Positions 1 through 8,064 are shown, counted from the first letter of the stretch. The stretch is DNA of 24,045 nucleotides from a virus (IMGVR_UViG_3300010376_000128:1-24045), one strand, 5' to 3'. Numbers and translations are program-made. The notes: generated by a model from the sequence alone, not told the origin.

Positions 1-3000
1 AGCGGGTCAGTGCCCATGTTGGTGTGGGCGAGCCCGCCCTTGTCGGCCATCGCGTAGGTGCGGTACTCCTGCAGGGCCTTGTCCCACTCCTCGGCCGAGG
101 TGGCCGAGAAGAGCGCCTTGTACATCGGCCCGAACTGCTTCGCCCAGATCTCCGGCGAGTGGGCCATCGTCATGATCCCGTGCCGGAACATGGCCGACTG
201 GTCGAGCGTGGCCATCAGCGAGCGAGGCAGGTTGATCAGCTCGCGTGACCAGTCCCGCCAGCCCATGTTGCGGGCGAAGGCCCGCAGCGTGTTCGGGCGC
301 AGCTCGCGGCCGAAGATCCGCTCCAGCAGGCCCTGCTCGTTGCGCTGGATCTTCTCGCCCTTGACCACCTTCAGCAGGGCGTCCTGGGCCCGCACCTTGG
401 TGAAGTCGCGGCCCTCCAGCGCCGGGTGGTTCTCGATCAGGTTGATCAGCGTGTCGACGGCGTCGTGGTTCAGGCCGGGCGTCTGGCCGAGGTCGACGGT
501 CGGGTAGAGGCCGCGCAGCTCCGCCTTGCCCGCGTAGTAGCCCTGGAGCCCGCCTCCGGCACTCTCAAACGCGCCCCTACGGGCGGCGAGCCGCTTGGCC
601 CGCTCCGGGCTCCGCAGCGACTCGGCCTCCTTGATCGCCTGCCTCGTCGAGCGCACGTCCATCGCCGCTCCGGTGCGCTCGTACGAGCCCATCTTCTCCT
701 TGTCGAGCACGCGCCCGGCCATGACGGCCCTGATCCGCTCGCCCTCGGGTCCGCCGGTCAGCTCGGTCGTCTCGCCCGGCTTCATGTGCTTGATGTCGAC
801 GGTCTTCGTCCCGTAGCCCTCGTGCTCGGCTGCGGCGTTGACCTGCGCGATGTGGGCCTGCGCCTCCTCGTGCGTGCGCGGTGCGCCCTTCGGCCGGTAG
901 CTCTCGTCCGAGCCGAGCCGGGAGGCGGCGCGAGTGTTGCGCAGCAGCATCTGGCCGATGGCCGACGACTGGTCGTGCCCACCCAGCGTCTTGTACATCG
1001 CCCGCTCGGCGTCGGAGATCTCGGGCAGGTCAGCGACCTTGTAGGCCCGGCGCATCTCCGGCGTCAGGGTCTTCAGGATGTCCTTCCAGTTGCGCGGCAC
1101 GTCCTTGCCCTCGTGCAGGTAGGTGAGCCAGCCGTCAGCGAAGCGCTCCTCGGCGTCCCGCGTCCAGGCCTCGCCCGGCTTGAGCCCGGCAGCCTCGCGG
1201 GCGGTCTGCTCCATCTCCGGCGTCAGGTACGGCCGAATGTGGTGCATCAGCTCGTGCTGCACCGTGCCCACGTCGGCCAGGTGTGTCTCGTGGATGTGGC
1301 CGGTGCCGCCGGGCAGGCGCTGGTAGTAGCCCTTGATGTTGTCGGGCTGCTGCTGCTGGAACAGCTCGTCCTGCCGCTTGTAGATCTCCTTGCGCAGGGC
1401 GTTGGCCTCGTCCATCTCGGCCTGGTGAGCGACGACGTGCGGGTGCTCCGGGTTGGCGTCGATCACGTCCTGGAAGCGCGTCTCGGCCCGCTCGCGCAGC
1501 ATCTCCTTGACCGTCGGAGCCCGCCTGCCGGTGCGGCGGAAGTACTTCTTGGCCGTGGCGTTCTGGTAGGCCGTGAGCTTCTTGTAGTCGCCGGGCACAC
1601 CCTCGCCCTTGGCCAGCTCGTCGATCATGCGCTCGTAGCGCCCCATGATCTCGTCGTGGCGGGCGTGCAGCTCGTCGAGCGACAGGTGGTCGTACCGGCC
1701 AGCACCCTGGAAGAGCACGTCGTCGGGCGAGCCGAAGTGCTGCAGCGGGTGCTCGGCGTAGCCCTGGCCGAAGGGGATCTGATCCTTCGGAATCGCCACG
1801 ATGTTGCCCGAGCGGCTGAACGGGCCCGTGTAGAACGCGGCGGTCTCGGGGTCGCCCGTCATCCAGGCAGCGGTCGGGTGGGCGTCTCCGACCCGCAGGC
1901 GGCGCTCCGCCATGATCTGCTCGGCGTTGAGCCCCGAGGTGCCGTGGAACATGTGCGTGCCCTGCTGGGCCAGCGCACGCGCCTCCTCGATGTCCACGAT
2001 CCGGGCTCCGGGACGGCCGAAGAAGTGCTCGTCGATCGCGTCGGTGCGGGCTCGCACCTTGGTCAGCGCCAGCTCCAGCTTGGAGCGCTGCTCCGCCGGG
2101 AGCGCGTCGAGCGCGGCCTGGTAGCGATGGCCCCAGTCGTCCTGCCTGGCGATCCTGGCGTCGATCGTGTAGCCGCCGTCCCAGCCGATGTCGGTCTGCC
2201 TGCCGCCGAGATCGCGGATGGCCTGGGTGACGCTGGAGCGCGTCCCGTAGCGGCCGTTGAAGTCGATCACGTAGTAACCGCCGTCCGGCGCGTGGATGAA
2301 GCCGACGGTGCCCTCGCCCAGCTTCTGGTCCAGCTCGGCCGAGAGCGCGGCCGGGTCGACGCCCTCCGGCGGGTTCCAGTGGATGCCCCGGTACTGGCCC
2401 TCGCTCGGCTTGAGCGGCCTGCCCCAGCTCACCGAGGTCTGGTGCTTGGCCATGCCCTTGGCGGAGGCGAGCGCGTTCAGCTCGGCCTCGGTGCCCGAGG
2501 TGACCTCGTCCCCGACGTAGACGTGGTGGGCGATGCCGGGCGCGTACTGGCCGCGCCAGATCCCCTGGCCCGCACGCTTGCCTGCGACCTTCATCCCGAG
2601 CGCGTCCTCAAACTCGTGCCCGATCGCCTGGTCGGTCAGGCGGGCGTACTGGATCTTCTCCTCGCCCGACATCTTGTCGAAGGCCTGCGCCCGCTCGGGC
2701 CAGAACTGCTCGTCCGGCCGGATCTCGGAATGCACCTGGGCGACCGAGCTGTCGAAGGTGTGCTGGTCGGCTGCGCCCTTCTCGTGCTGGTACAGCCACG
2801 TCCCGGCTCCGGGGTGCTCGCCTTCGGGAGCCCGGTACAGGGCCTGGCCGCGCTCGTAGGCGTCGGCCGCGGTGCCGAGGTGCTTCTCCCAGCCAGCCGG
2901 GAGCGTGCCGGTGAGCTGCTCGCGGGCCCAGGCAGCACGGGCCGCGTGCAGCTTCTTCATCTCCTTGGTCAGCTTGACACCGCGCAGGTGCTCTGGGATC

Positions 3001-5066
3001 TGCAGGTGCTCGGGCAGCACGCCGGTCTTGTCAGCCTCGCGCAGGAACGCCTTGACCTCCTGGGTGACGCCCATCTGCTGCGCCTTCCACGGCACCCAGG
3101 CCGCAGCCTGGACTTCCTCCGGCGACCAGCCGAGCGCCTCGCCCGTGCGGATCATCACGTCCTTGAGCCGCTCGTACTGCGCCGGGGTGGGCGACTCCTT
3201 GCCCAGGAACATCTGGGCCATGTGCCGGTCGATCGTGGCGTGCTTGGCGTCCTCGCCGTACATCGCCGCGTAGTCCTTGGGGTTCAGGTGCTTGTAGAAG
3301 TTGGCGAAGTAGTTGTTGGTCTTGACGCCCGACCAGTCGAAGGTCTCGGGGTTCTCGATGATGTGCTTGACCTTCTCGTACTGGCCCCCGAGCATCGAGG
3401 CGGAGATGTCCTCGCCCCGCTTCACGGCGGCGACAGCCTCGGCCGCACGCTTGAGGTTGAAGGTCGGGTTCGCCCCCTGGGAGGTGACGGCCACGATTCC
3501 GGCTGCCTGCTTGTCGCTCAGCCCCGTGCGCTCCGCGAAGTCCTTGATCACGGCAGCACCGCGCTGGTACCAGTCGCGGTACTCGGCTCCGCGCTTGATC
3601 AGGTTGTAGACCTTCGGCGTCAGGCCCTTGATCCGCAGCCGGGCAGGCAGATCCTCGGCACCGGACAGCGTCGGCGGGACGTGCTGGTAGAGCGACTCGG
3701 GATGCAGCTCGGGCGGCAGCCCCTCTTCCTTCGGCACGAGCTTCCTGGCGAGCCCGAGCGACCCGAGCCCGGCCTCCTTGGACGAGTTGATCAGGATCTG
3801 GCGGATGGCCCGCCTGCGGTTCGCGGCCTCCAGTCGACCGATCTTGCCCGCCCGCAGGTCCTCCTCGATCTTGGCGTAGCGCTCCTGGATCGCAGGCATG
3901 CGCCCGAAGGCGCGAGTCGTCCTCGACAGCGAGGTGCGGTCGAGGAACGGCCGGATCAGGCCCTCGTTCTCCTGGTAGGCCTTGGCTCCCGCCGCACCGC
4001 CCGCACGGACGGCCCTGGCGACCTGATACAGCCTGCCCGCCTGTTCGGTCTCGCCCGCGGCCTCAGCGACCCTGGCAGCCTCCATGACGCGAGCTGCGGC
4101 CATGCCGGTCTCGACACCGGCTCCGGCGAGCCGCAGCGGACCGGCACCGAGAGCCAGGCCGGTGTTGACGAAGTCCATCGGGTGGACGGCCTTGCCCTCG
4201 ATCGGCTTGAAGACGGCAGGAGCGACGAACTCCCCGATGCCCGAGGCGGCTCCTCGCGTCAGGCGCATCTGGCGGTTGGCCTCCTCCTGGCTCCCGTGCA
4301 GCGAGGCTCCGGCGAATCCCTGGGCCATCAGGTTGCCCCCGGTCACCCGCCAGAGGTCGACCGGCGCGTGCTCGATCGCATGCCCGAGCCCGCCGAAGAA
4401 GCGACCGACGGCGCTCGGGTGCGACGGACCGCCGACGACGACGCTCTGCCCGTAGCGCGTCGGCACCAGATGGGTGACGTAGTTGCGGCCCTGGTAGCGC
4501 GTCAGGCCGGGACGCTGCGGCGTCGGGTGGCGGAGCACGATCTCCTGGTTGAAGGTGCGGGCCTGGTAGGCCTGGTTGGCCTGGCGGCGGAGCGCGGTCG
4601 CTCCGGCGAAGCCGAAGTGCTGCAGCAGCTCCTGCGTGTTGGCGTGGACAGGGTGAGCCTCCAGCGCCTTGGTCTTGGCGTTCCACTGCTGGGCCTGGTA
4701 GTGGCCGAGCGTGTGTGCGTAGTGGTTGAACGCAGCCTGCGACTGCGGGCCCCAGACGCCGTCGGCGGCGATCTTGTAGCCCGAGCGGATCAGGCGCTGC
4801 TGCATCCCGACCACGTTGCGGTTGGCCACGAGCTGCCTCGTGCGCTGCACGTCGTGCTGGCCGACGATGTGGCCGGACGGCGTCATCGGCTGCGGGCGCG
4901 GAGGCCTCGGCAGCCTCGGCATCCAGGAAGGAGTCGACAGCCCCGGCAGACGCGGGGCCGGAGCACGTACTGGATGGGGAGTCATGGCCCGGCGAACAGC
5001 ACGCGCACGAGGTGCGCGAGGCATCCGAGGCGTGAGATTCGGAGCGATCTGTTCGACGTGCGGCAT
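1..5066 (-). CDS. Giant multidomain (polyvalent) internal virion/ejection protein, 3' end beyond window, >=1688 aa
   Basis: ATG at 5066 abuts the upstream TAG; hand translation finds no stop down to position 3. Starts MPHVEQIAPNLTPRMPRAP. Motifs: PG-binding (MQQRLIRSGYKIAADGVWGPQSQAAF, ~4716-4815); HhH-GPD-like (DWY..GVKT..ATIDRHM..VQAAAW, ~3075-3600); ART-like (MFHGTS..AAWMTGDPETAAFY, ~1716-1965); zincin (ADVGTVQHELMH..WTRDAEERFA..YLHEGK, ~960-1364). Confidence 0.9.
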   Translation of the reverse strand, partial: MPHVEQIAPNLTPRMPRAPRARAVRRAMTPHPVRAPAPRLPGLSTPSWMPRLPRPPRPQPMTPSGHIVGQHDVQRTRQLVANRNVVGMQQRLIRSGYKIAADGVWGPQSQAAFNHYAHTLGHYQAQQWNAKTKALEAHPVHANTQELLQHFGFAGATALRRQANQAYQARTFNQEIVLRHPTPQRPGLTRYQGRNYVTHLVPTRYGQSVVVGGPSHPSAVGRFFGGLGHAIEHAPVDLWRVTGGNLMAQGFAGASLHGSQEEANRQMRLTRGAASGIGEFVAPAVFKPIEGKAVHPMDFVNTGLALGAGPLRLAGAGVETGMAAARVMEAARVAEAAGETEQAGRLYQVARAVRAGGAAGAKAYQENEGLIRPFLDRTSLSRTTRAFGRMPAIQERYAKIEEDLRAGKIGRLEAANRRRAIRQILINSSKEAGLGSLGLARKLVPKEEGLPPELHPESLYQHVPPTLSGAEDLPARLRIKGLTPKVYNLIKRGAEYRDWYQRGAAVIKDFAERTGLSDKQAAGIVAVTSQGANPTFNLKRAAEAVAAVKRGEDISASMLGGQYEKVKHIIENPETFDWSGVKTNNYFANFYKHLNPKDYAAMYGEDAKHATIDRHMAQMFLGKESPTPAQYERLKDVMIRTGEALGWSPEEVQAAAWVPWKAQQMGVTQEVKAFLREADKTGVLPEHLQIPEHLRGVKLTKEMKKLHAARAAWAREQLTGTLPAGWEKHLGTAADAYERGQALYRAPEGEHPGAGTWLYQHEKGAADQHTFDSSVAQVHSEIRPDEQFWPERAQAFDKMSGEEKIQYARLTDQAIGHEFEDALGMKVAGKRAGQGIWRGQYAPGIAHHVYVGDEVTSGTEAELNALASAKGMAKHQTSVSWGRPLKPSEGQYRGIHWNPPEGVDPAALSAELDQKLGEGTVGFIHAPDGGYYVIDFNGRYGTRSSVTQAIRDLGGRQTDIGWDGGYTIDARIARQDDWGHRYQAALDALPAEQRSKLELALTKVRARTDAIDEHFFGRPGARIVDIEEARALAQQGTHMFHGTSGLNAEQIMAERRLRVGDAHPTAAWMTGDPETAAFYTGPFSRSGNIVAIPKDQIPFGQGYAEHPLQHFGSPDDVLFQGAGRYDHLSLDELHARHDEIMGRYERMIDELAKGEGVPGDYKKLTAYQNATAKKYFRRTGRRAPTVKEMLRERAETRFQDVIDANPEHPHVVAHQAEMDEANALRKEIYKRQDELFQQQQPDNIKGYYQRLPGGTGHIHETHLADVGTVQHELMHHIRPYLTPEMEQTAREAAGLKPGEAWTRDAEERFADGWLTYLHEGKDVPRNWKDILKTLTPEMRRAYKVADLPEISDAERAMYKTLGGHDQSSAIGQMLLRNTRAASRLGSDESYRPKGAPRTHEEAQAHIAQVNAAAEHEGYGTKTVDIKHMKPGETTELTGGPEGERIRAVMAGRVLDKEKMGSYERTGAAMDVRSTRQAIKEAESLRSPERAKRLAARRGAFESAGGGLQGYYAGKAELRGLYPTVDLGQTPGLNHDAVDTLINLIENHPALEGRDFTKVRAQDALLKVVKGEKIQRNEQGLLERIFGRELRPNTLRAFARNMGWRDWSRELINLPRSLMATLDQSAMFRHGIMTMAHSPEIWAKQFGPMYKALFSATSAEEWDKALQEYRTYAMADKGGLAHTNMGTDP

Positions 5067-6242
5067 CTAGCCCCGCTTGGTGGTGCGCTTGATACCCATG
5101 CCGCGCAGCAGCTTCACGGCCTGGCCGCGGGTGAGCCCGTACGAGCCCCGCAGGTAGCGGATCATTCGCGGGTACGGGGTCGCCTTCCAGGTCGGGTCTG
5201 GCGTGTTGGTGCCGGTGATCATCGGCTGGACGTAGGTGCTCTGCGCGTAGCGGTACGCCTCCTTCCAGGAGGTCGAGCCCGGCCCCGTCTTGGAGCCAGC
5301 ACCGGCCCCACCGCCTGAGCTGGAGTAGACCGGGATGCGCTGGCCCTTGCCGTTCAGCATCGGATCGCCGTTGCGGTCGATCAGGTAGCCCGCGGCGTGC
5401 GAGGCTGCCGAGTCGATCCGCTTGCCCGTCCTCAGTTGCTGGCGCACCGCCTGCCGGTCTCGGGCCTGCGAGAGCCGCAGGTTCGCAGCCTGCAGGGCGA
5501 TCCGGGCGTTACCCTGCTGGATCCTGGCGTTCGACTGGCGCACCTGCGCGTTGCGGTAGCCGGTCAGCGAGTTCTGTGCCTGCTGCTGGATCCAGGCGCT
5601 CCGCTTGGCCATCTCGTTGGCCTGGAGCTGCTGCATGATCTGGGTGCGGAGCTGGGGCACCGTGGCCGCGAGGTCGAGCATCTGCTTGGTGTACTGCTGG
5701 TCGTCCTGGGCCTGCTGCACGATCGAGCCCTGCATCTGCTCCTGCGTGCGACCGACCTGGATCCCCGGCTGATCCGAGGCGAGGTTGATCGCGTTGGCCG
5801 CGAGCGCCTCGTTGGAGGCCCCCGGATCGAAGCCGTGCGCCAGGTACATCGAGTTCTGCACGGCCTGCGGGTTGGCCTGCCCGACCATCTGCCCGCCCGG
5901 CGCGAGCCGGTCGATCAGAGCCTGGCGGCTGGCCACGTCCTGCTGCATGGCCTGGGCGGTCGTGCCCGCGAAGGCGTTGGCCATCCCCGACTCCTCCGCC
6001 GCAGCCTGGCGGTAGGCGTCCCCGGCCTGCGGGGCAGCGTCCTTGAGGATCGCCGCCCCGGCCAGCCCGAAGCCCTGCATGGCTGCCCTGGCTGCCGCCG
6101 CCCGCTGGTCGGACAGCTTCTGGGCCGAGATGATCGGAGCCTGCTGGGCCTTGATCGTCTGCCGCACCTGGCGGTTGGCCTGCCGGTTGAGCTGCTTCGG
6201 CGTGTAGAACCTGATCGGGGGTGGGCCCATGCCGCGAGGCAT
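5067..6242 (-). CDS. Putative ejection/internal virion protein, Gln/Ala-rich helical (391 aa)
   Basis: Q/A-rich coiled-coil-like composition; lies between the pilot-like gene and the giant gene, as podoviral ejection genes do; TAGATG junctions on both sides. Confidence 0.7.
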   Translation of the reverse strand: MPRGMGPPPIRFYTPKQLNRQANRQVRQTIKAQQAPIISAQKLSDQRAAAARAAMQGFGLAGAAILKDAAPQAGDAYRQAAAEESGMANAFAGTTAQAMQQDVASRQALIDRLAPGGQMVGQANPQAVQNSMYLAHGFDPGASNEALAANAINLASDQPGIQVGRTQEQMQGSIVQQAQDDQQYTKQMLDLAATVPQLRTQIMQQLQANEMAKRSAWIQQQAQNSLTGYRNAQVRQSNARIQQGNARIALQAANLRLSQARDRQAVRQQLRTGKRIDSAASHAAGYLIDRNGDPMLNGKGQRIPVYSSSGGGAGAGSKTGPGSTSWKEAYRYAQSTYVQPMITGTNTPDPTWKATPYPRMIRYLRGSYGLTRGQAVKLLRGMGIKRTTKRG

Positions 6243-7184
6243 CTAGAACATCGCCAATCCCGGCTTGTGTCCGCCGCCGTAGTAGACGAGGTTGGAGTAG
6301 CCGCCCGCCGGAGGTGCCGGAGCCGTGCTCGCACCGACCGGCAGCCCGGTCGAGGCGTCGTAGGTCACGCCGCCGATCGTGTAGGTGCCGCTCGGGTACT
6401 GGCTCGACGGACCCGGAGCAGGTGCAGGCGTGCCCCCGCCGCCGCCGGAGAGCTGGCGGTTCTGCGAGTTGTCGTACGGCACGAGGTTGCCGTCGGGCCC
6501 GACCTGATACAGGCTGCCGTCGGGAGCCGAGTAGACCGGGATCCCGTAGGTCTGCTGCCAGTTCGGGTCGAGCTGGGCCTGCGTGTCGCCGCCGACGCCC
6601 GCCGGGTACTGCGCCTCCAGCGCCTGGATCGCCTGGTTGATCGCATCGCCCTGACCGCTGTAGGCGTCGTTGTAGGCCTGCGTGTAGTCCGCGACGGCCC
6701 CCTGCAGCCCGCCCTGGCCCGGAGCCCCCAGGAAGGCGTTGGCGGCGTCCTGGAGGTTGCTGGCGTACTGGCCTGCAAGCTGATCCTGGCCGTAGACGAG
6801 ATCGCCCGAGTGCAGCGCTCCGCGAGCTGCGAGACCCGTCTGGAGCTGCTGCTGTTGCGTGGCGTAGCTCGCGGCGAGCTGGTTGAGCTGCGAGTTCGGG
6901 TTGGCTTTGTCGATCGCCAGCGTGGCCGGGTCGAGGTCGCCGTACACGTCGGTGTAGCCCGCCGGGAGCCCGCCGTACTGCGCGGCCAGGGCCCGGATCG
7001 CCGCCTTGCGGTTGATGCCTGCGGTCACGCGGGCCGCGTCGGCACCCGTCTGCCACGCCTGGTAGCCGGGCTCGCTCGTGACCTGCGTCTTGTACCAGGC
7101 CTGGGTCGGCTGCCAGTTCGGCAGATCCATGGTGCTGGCCGGACCGCCACCACCACCGTCGGTCAGCTCAGTCATCAATGGCAC
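6243..7184 (-). CDS. Putative DNA pilot/ejection protein (313 aa)
   Basis: GTG start with AGGAGG 5 nt upstream; G/A/Q/Y-rich; EPGYQ and GLAARGALHSG resemble the PGYQ...AARG..SG signature I associate with podoviral DNA-transfer proteins. Confidence 0.68.
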   Translation of the reverse strand: MPLMTELTDGGGGGPASTMDLPNWQPTQAWYKTQVTSEPGYQAWQTGADAARVTAGINRKAAIRALAAQYGGLPAGYTDVYGDLDPATLAIDKANPNSQLNQLAASYATQQQQLQTGLAARGALHSGDLVYGQDQLAGQYASNLQDAANAFLGAPGQGGLQGAVADYTQAYNDAYSGQGDAINQAIQALEAQYPAGVGGDTQAQLDPNWQQTYGIPVYSAPDGSLYQVGPDGNLVPYDNSQNRQLSGGGGGTPAPAPGPSSQYPSGTYTIGGVTYDASTGLPVGASTAPAPPAGGYSNLVYYGGGHKPGLAMF

Positions 7185-7193
7185 GGCTGCCTC

Positions 7194-7532
7194 CTAGAAG
7201 AGCCTGCGTCGTAGGTTCAGGGCCCGCACCGCAGCTCGCCTGGCTGCCGCGTGCGCGATGGCCGGGTGGATGCCGGGGCCGGGGACGCCGTGGAAGGGCG
7301 GGCCTCCCCGAAAGCCGCCGGGGAACTGGATCGGCAGGTGGATCGGCCGCCCGCCGAGGACCTGGATCGGCAGGTGGACCGGCTGCCCACCGAAGATGGG
7401 GCCGGGGTCGATCGGCCGAGGCGTCGGGTAGGCAACCCCCGAGCCACCAGGCCCGAACCAGTGGATGCCACCGCCGCCGAGCGGAACCGGCGACGGGACC
7501 GGCCCGCCACCACCGTCGTAGACCATTGCCAT
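7194..7532 (-). CDS. Pro/Gly-rich small protein with basic C-terminus (112 aa), unknown function
   Basis: AAGGAG RBS upstream of ATG; fills the gap between two genes; internal GG(Q/R)P(V/I)HLPIQ duplication. Confidence 0.7.
   Translation of the reverse strand: MAMVYDGGGGPVPSPVPLGGGGIHWFGPGGSGVAYPTPRPIDPGPIFGGQPVHLPIQVLGGRPIHLPIQFPGGFRGGPPFHGVPGPGIHPAIAHAAARRAAVRALNLRRRLF
7326..7378. repeat. 17-bp exact direct repeat (ctggatcggcaggtgga) with a 36-bp period
   Basis: Copies at 7326-7342 and 7362-7378, encoding the duplicated HLPIQ peptide. Confidence 0.85.
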
Positions 7533-7542
7533 GTCGACTCCT

Positions 7543-8064
7543 TTACGAGATGCGGAACGAGAGACCTGAGAGCGAGACGAATGCGTTGCTGGCCGCGTAG
7601 ATGGTCACCGGCCCAGAGGCCAGCACGTCGATCCGGGCGATGGCCGGGGCTCCGGTGGTGCCCGCGATTGCCGCGAGCGAGACCTGGCCACCCAGGGGCC
7701 GGTAGCCCACCGGCAGGGTGAAGGCCGGAGTCCCGAGCGTGCCCAGCGCGAGCACACCCTGCAGGAAGACGCGGGCCTGGTTGTCCTTGTAGAAGAACGG
7801 CACATCGAAGCCCGCGCCGTACGCAGCCCAGGAGTTCTGGAAGGCGGGCTCGTTGGTGGCCCCGACGACATGCTTCTTGTCGAGGTTCGGGAGCTGGTAC
7901 GGGTCGATCTTCACCGTCGGGTTGCGCACGATCTGGGAGCGCACCCACTGGCCCAGCTCCGGCGGGAAGTTGAGCGGGTTCTTCAGGTAGGCCGAGATCC
8001 GATCGTTCAGGTTCTGAGCGTTGCCCTGTGGGTACGCCTGCTGGCTCGCCCTCGCCCTAGCCAC
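7543..8064 (-). CDS. Short tail fibre / receptor-binding-type protein (~173 aa)
   Basis: GTG at 8064 overlaps the nozzle stop (GTGGCTAG). C-terminal FQNSWAAY..FFYKD..VFLQG..AFTLPVGYRP..RIDV..VSLSGLSF matches the common phage fibre-tip beta domain. Confidence 0.78.
   Translation of the reverse strand: MARARASQQAYPQGNAQNLNDRISAYLKNPLNFPPELGQWVRSQIVRNPTVKIDPYQLPNLDKKHVVGATNEPAFQNSWAAYGAGFDVPFFYKDNQARVFLQGVLALGTLGTPAFTLPVGYRPLGGQVSLAAIAGTTGAPAIARIDVLASGPVTIYAASNAFVSLSGLSFRIS

Noticed and set aside
1053-1227. 16-bp repeat catctccggcgtcagg (1053-1068, 1212-1227)
   Set aside because: Two copies encoding LTPEM within a coding region; no array or mobile-element context.
1704-1724. DDVLFQG resembling the HRV 3C protease site (LEVLFQ/GP) as a sign of an engineered construct
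   Set aside because: No tags or vector sequence; it is one of several natural L[Y/F]Q motifs, and no 3C-like protease is evident.
426-5318. 1630-aa plus-strand ORF
   Set aside because: Exact codon-register antisense shadow of the giant minus-strand gene; L/V/G/R-rich with no motifs, as expected from GC3 bias.
5509-7056. 515-aa alternative-frame minus-strand ORF and similar R/P/G-rich ORFs
   Set aside because: Off-frame overlaps of real genes; Arg/Pro/Gly richness is a high-GC artefact.
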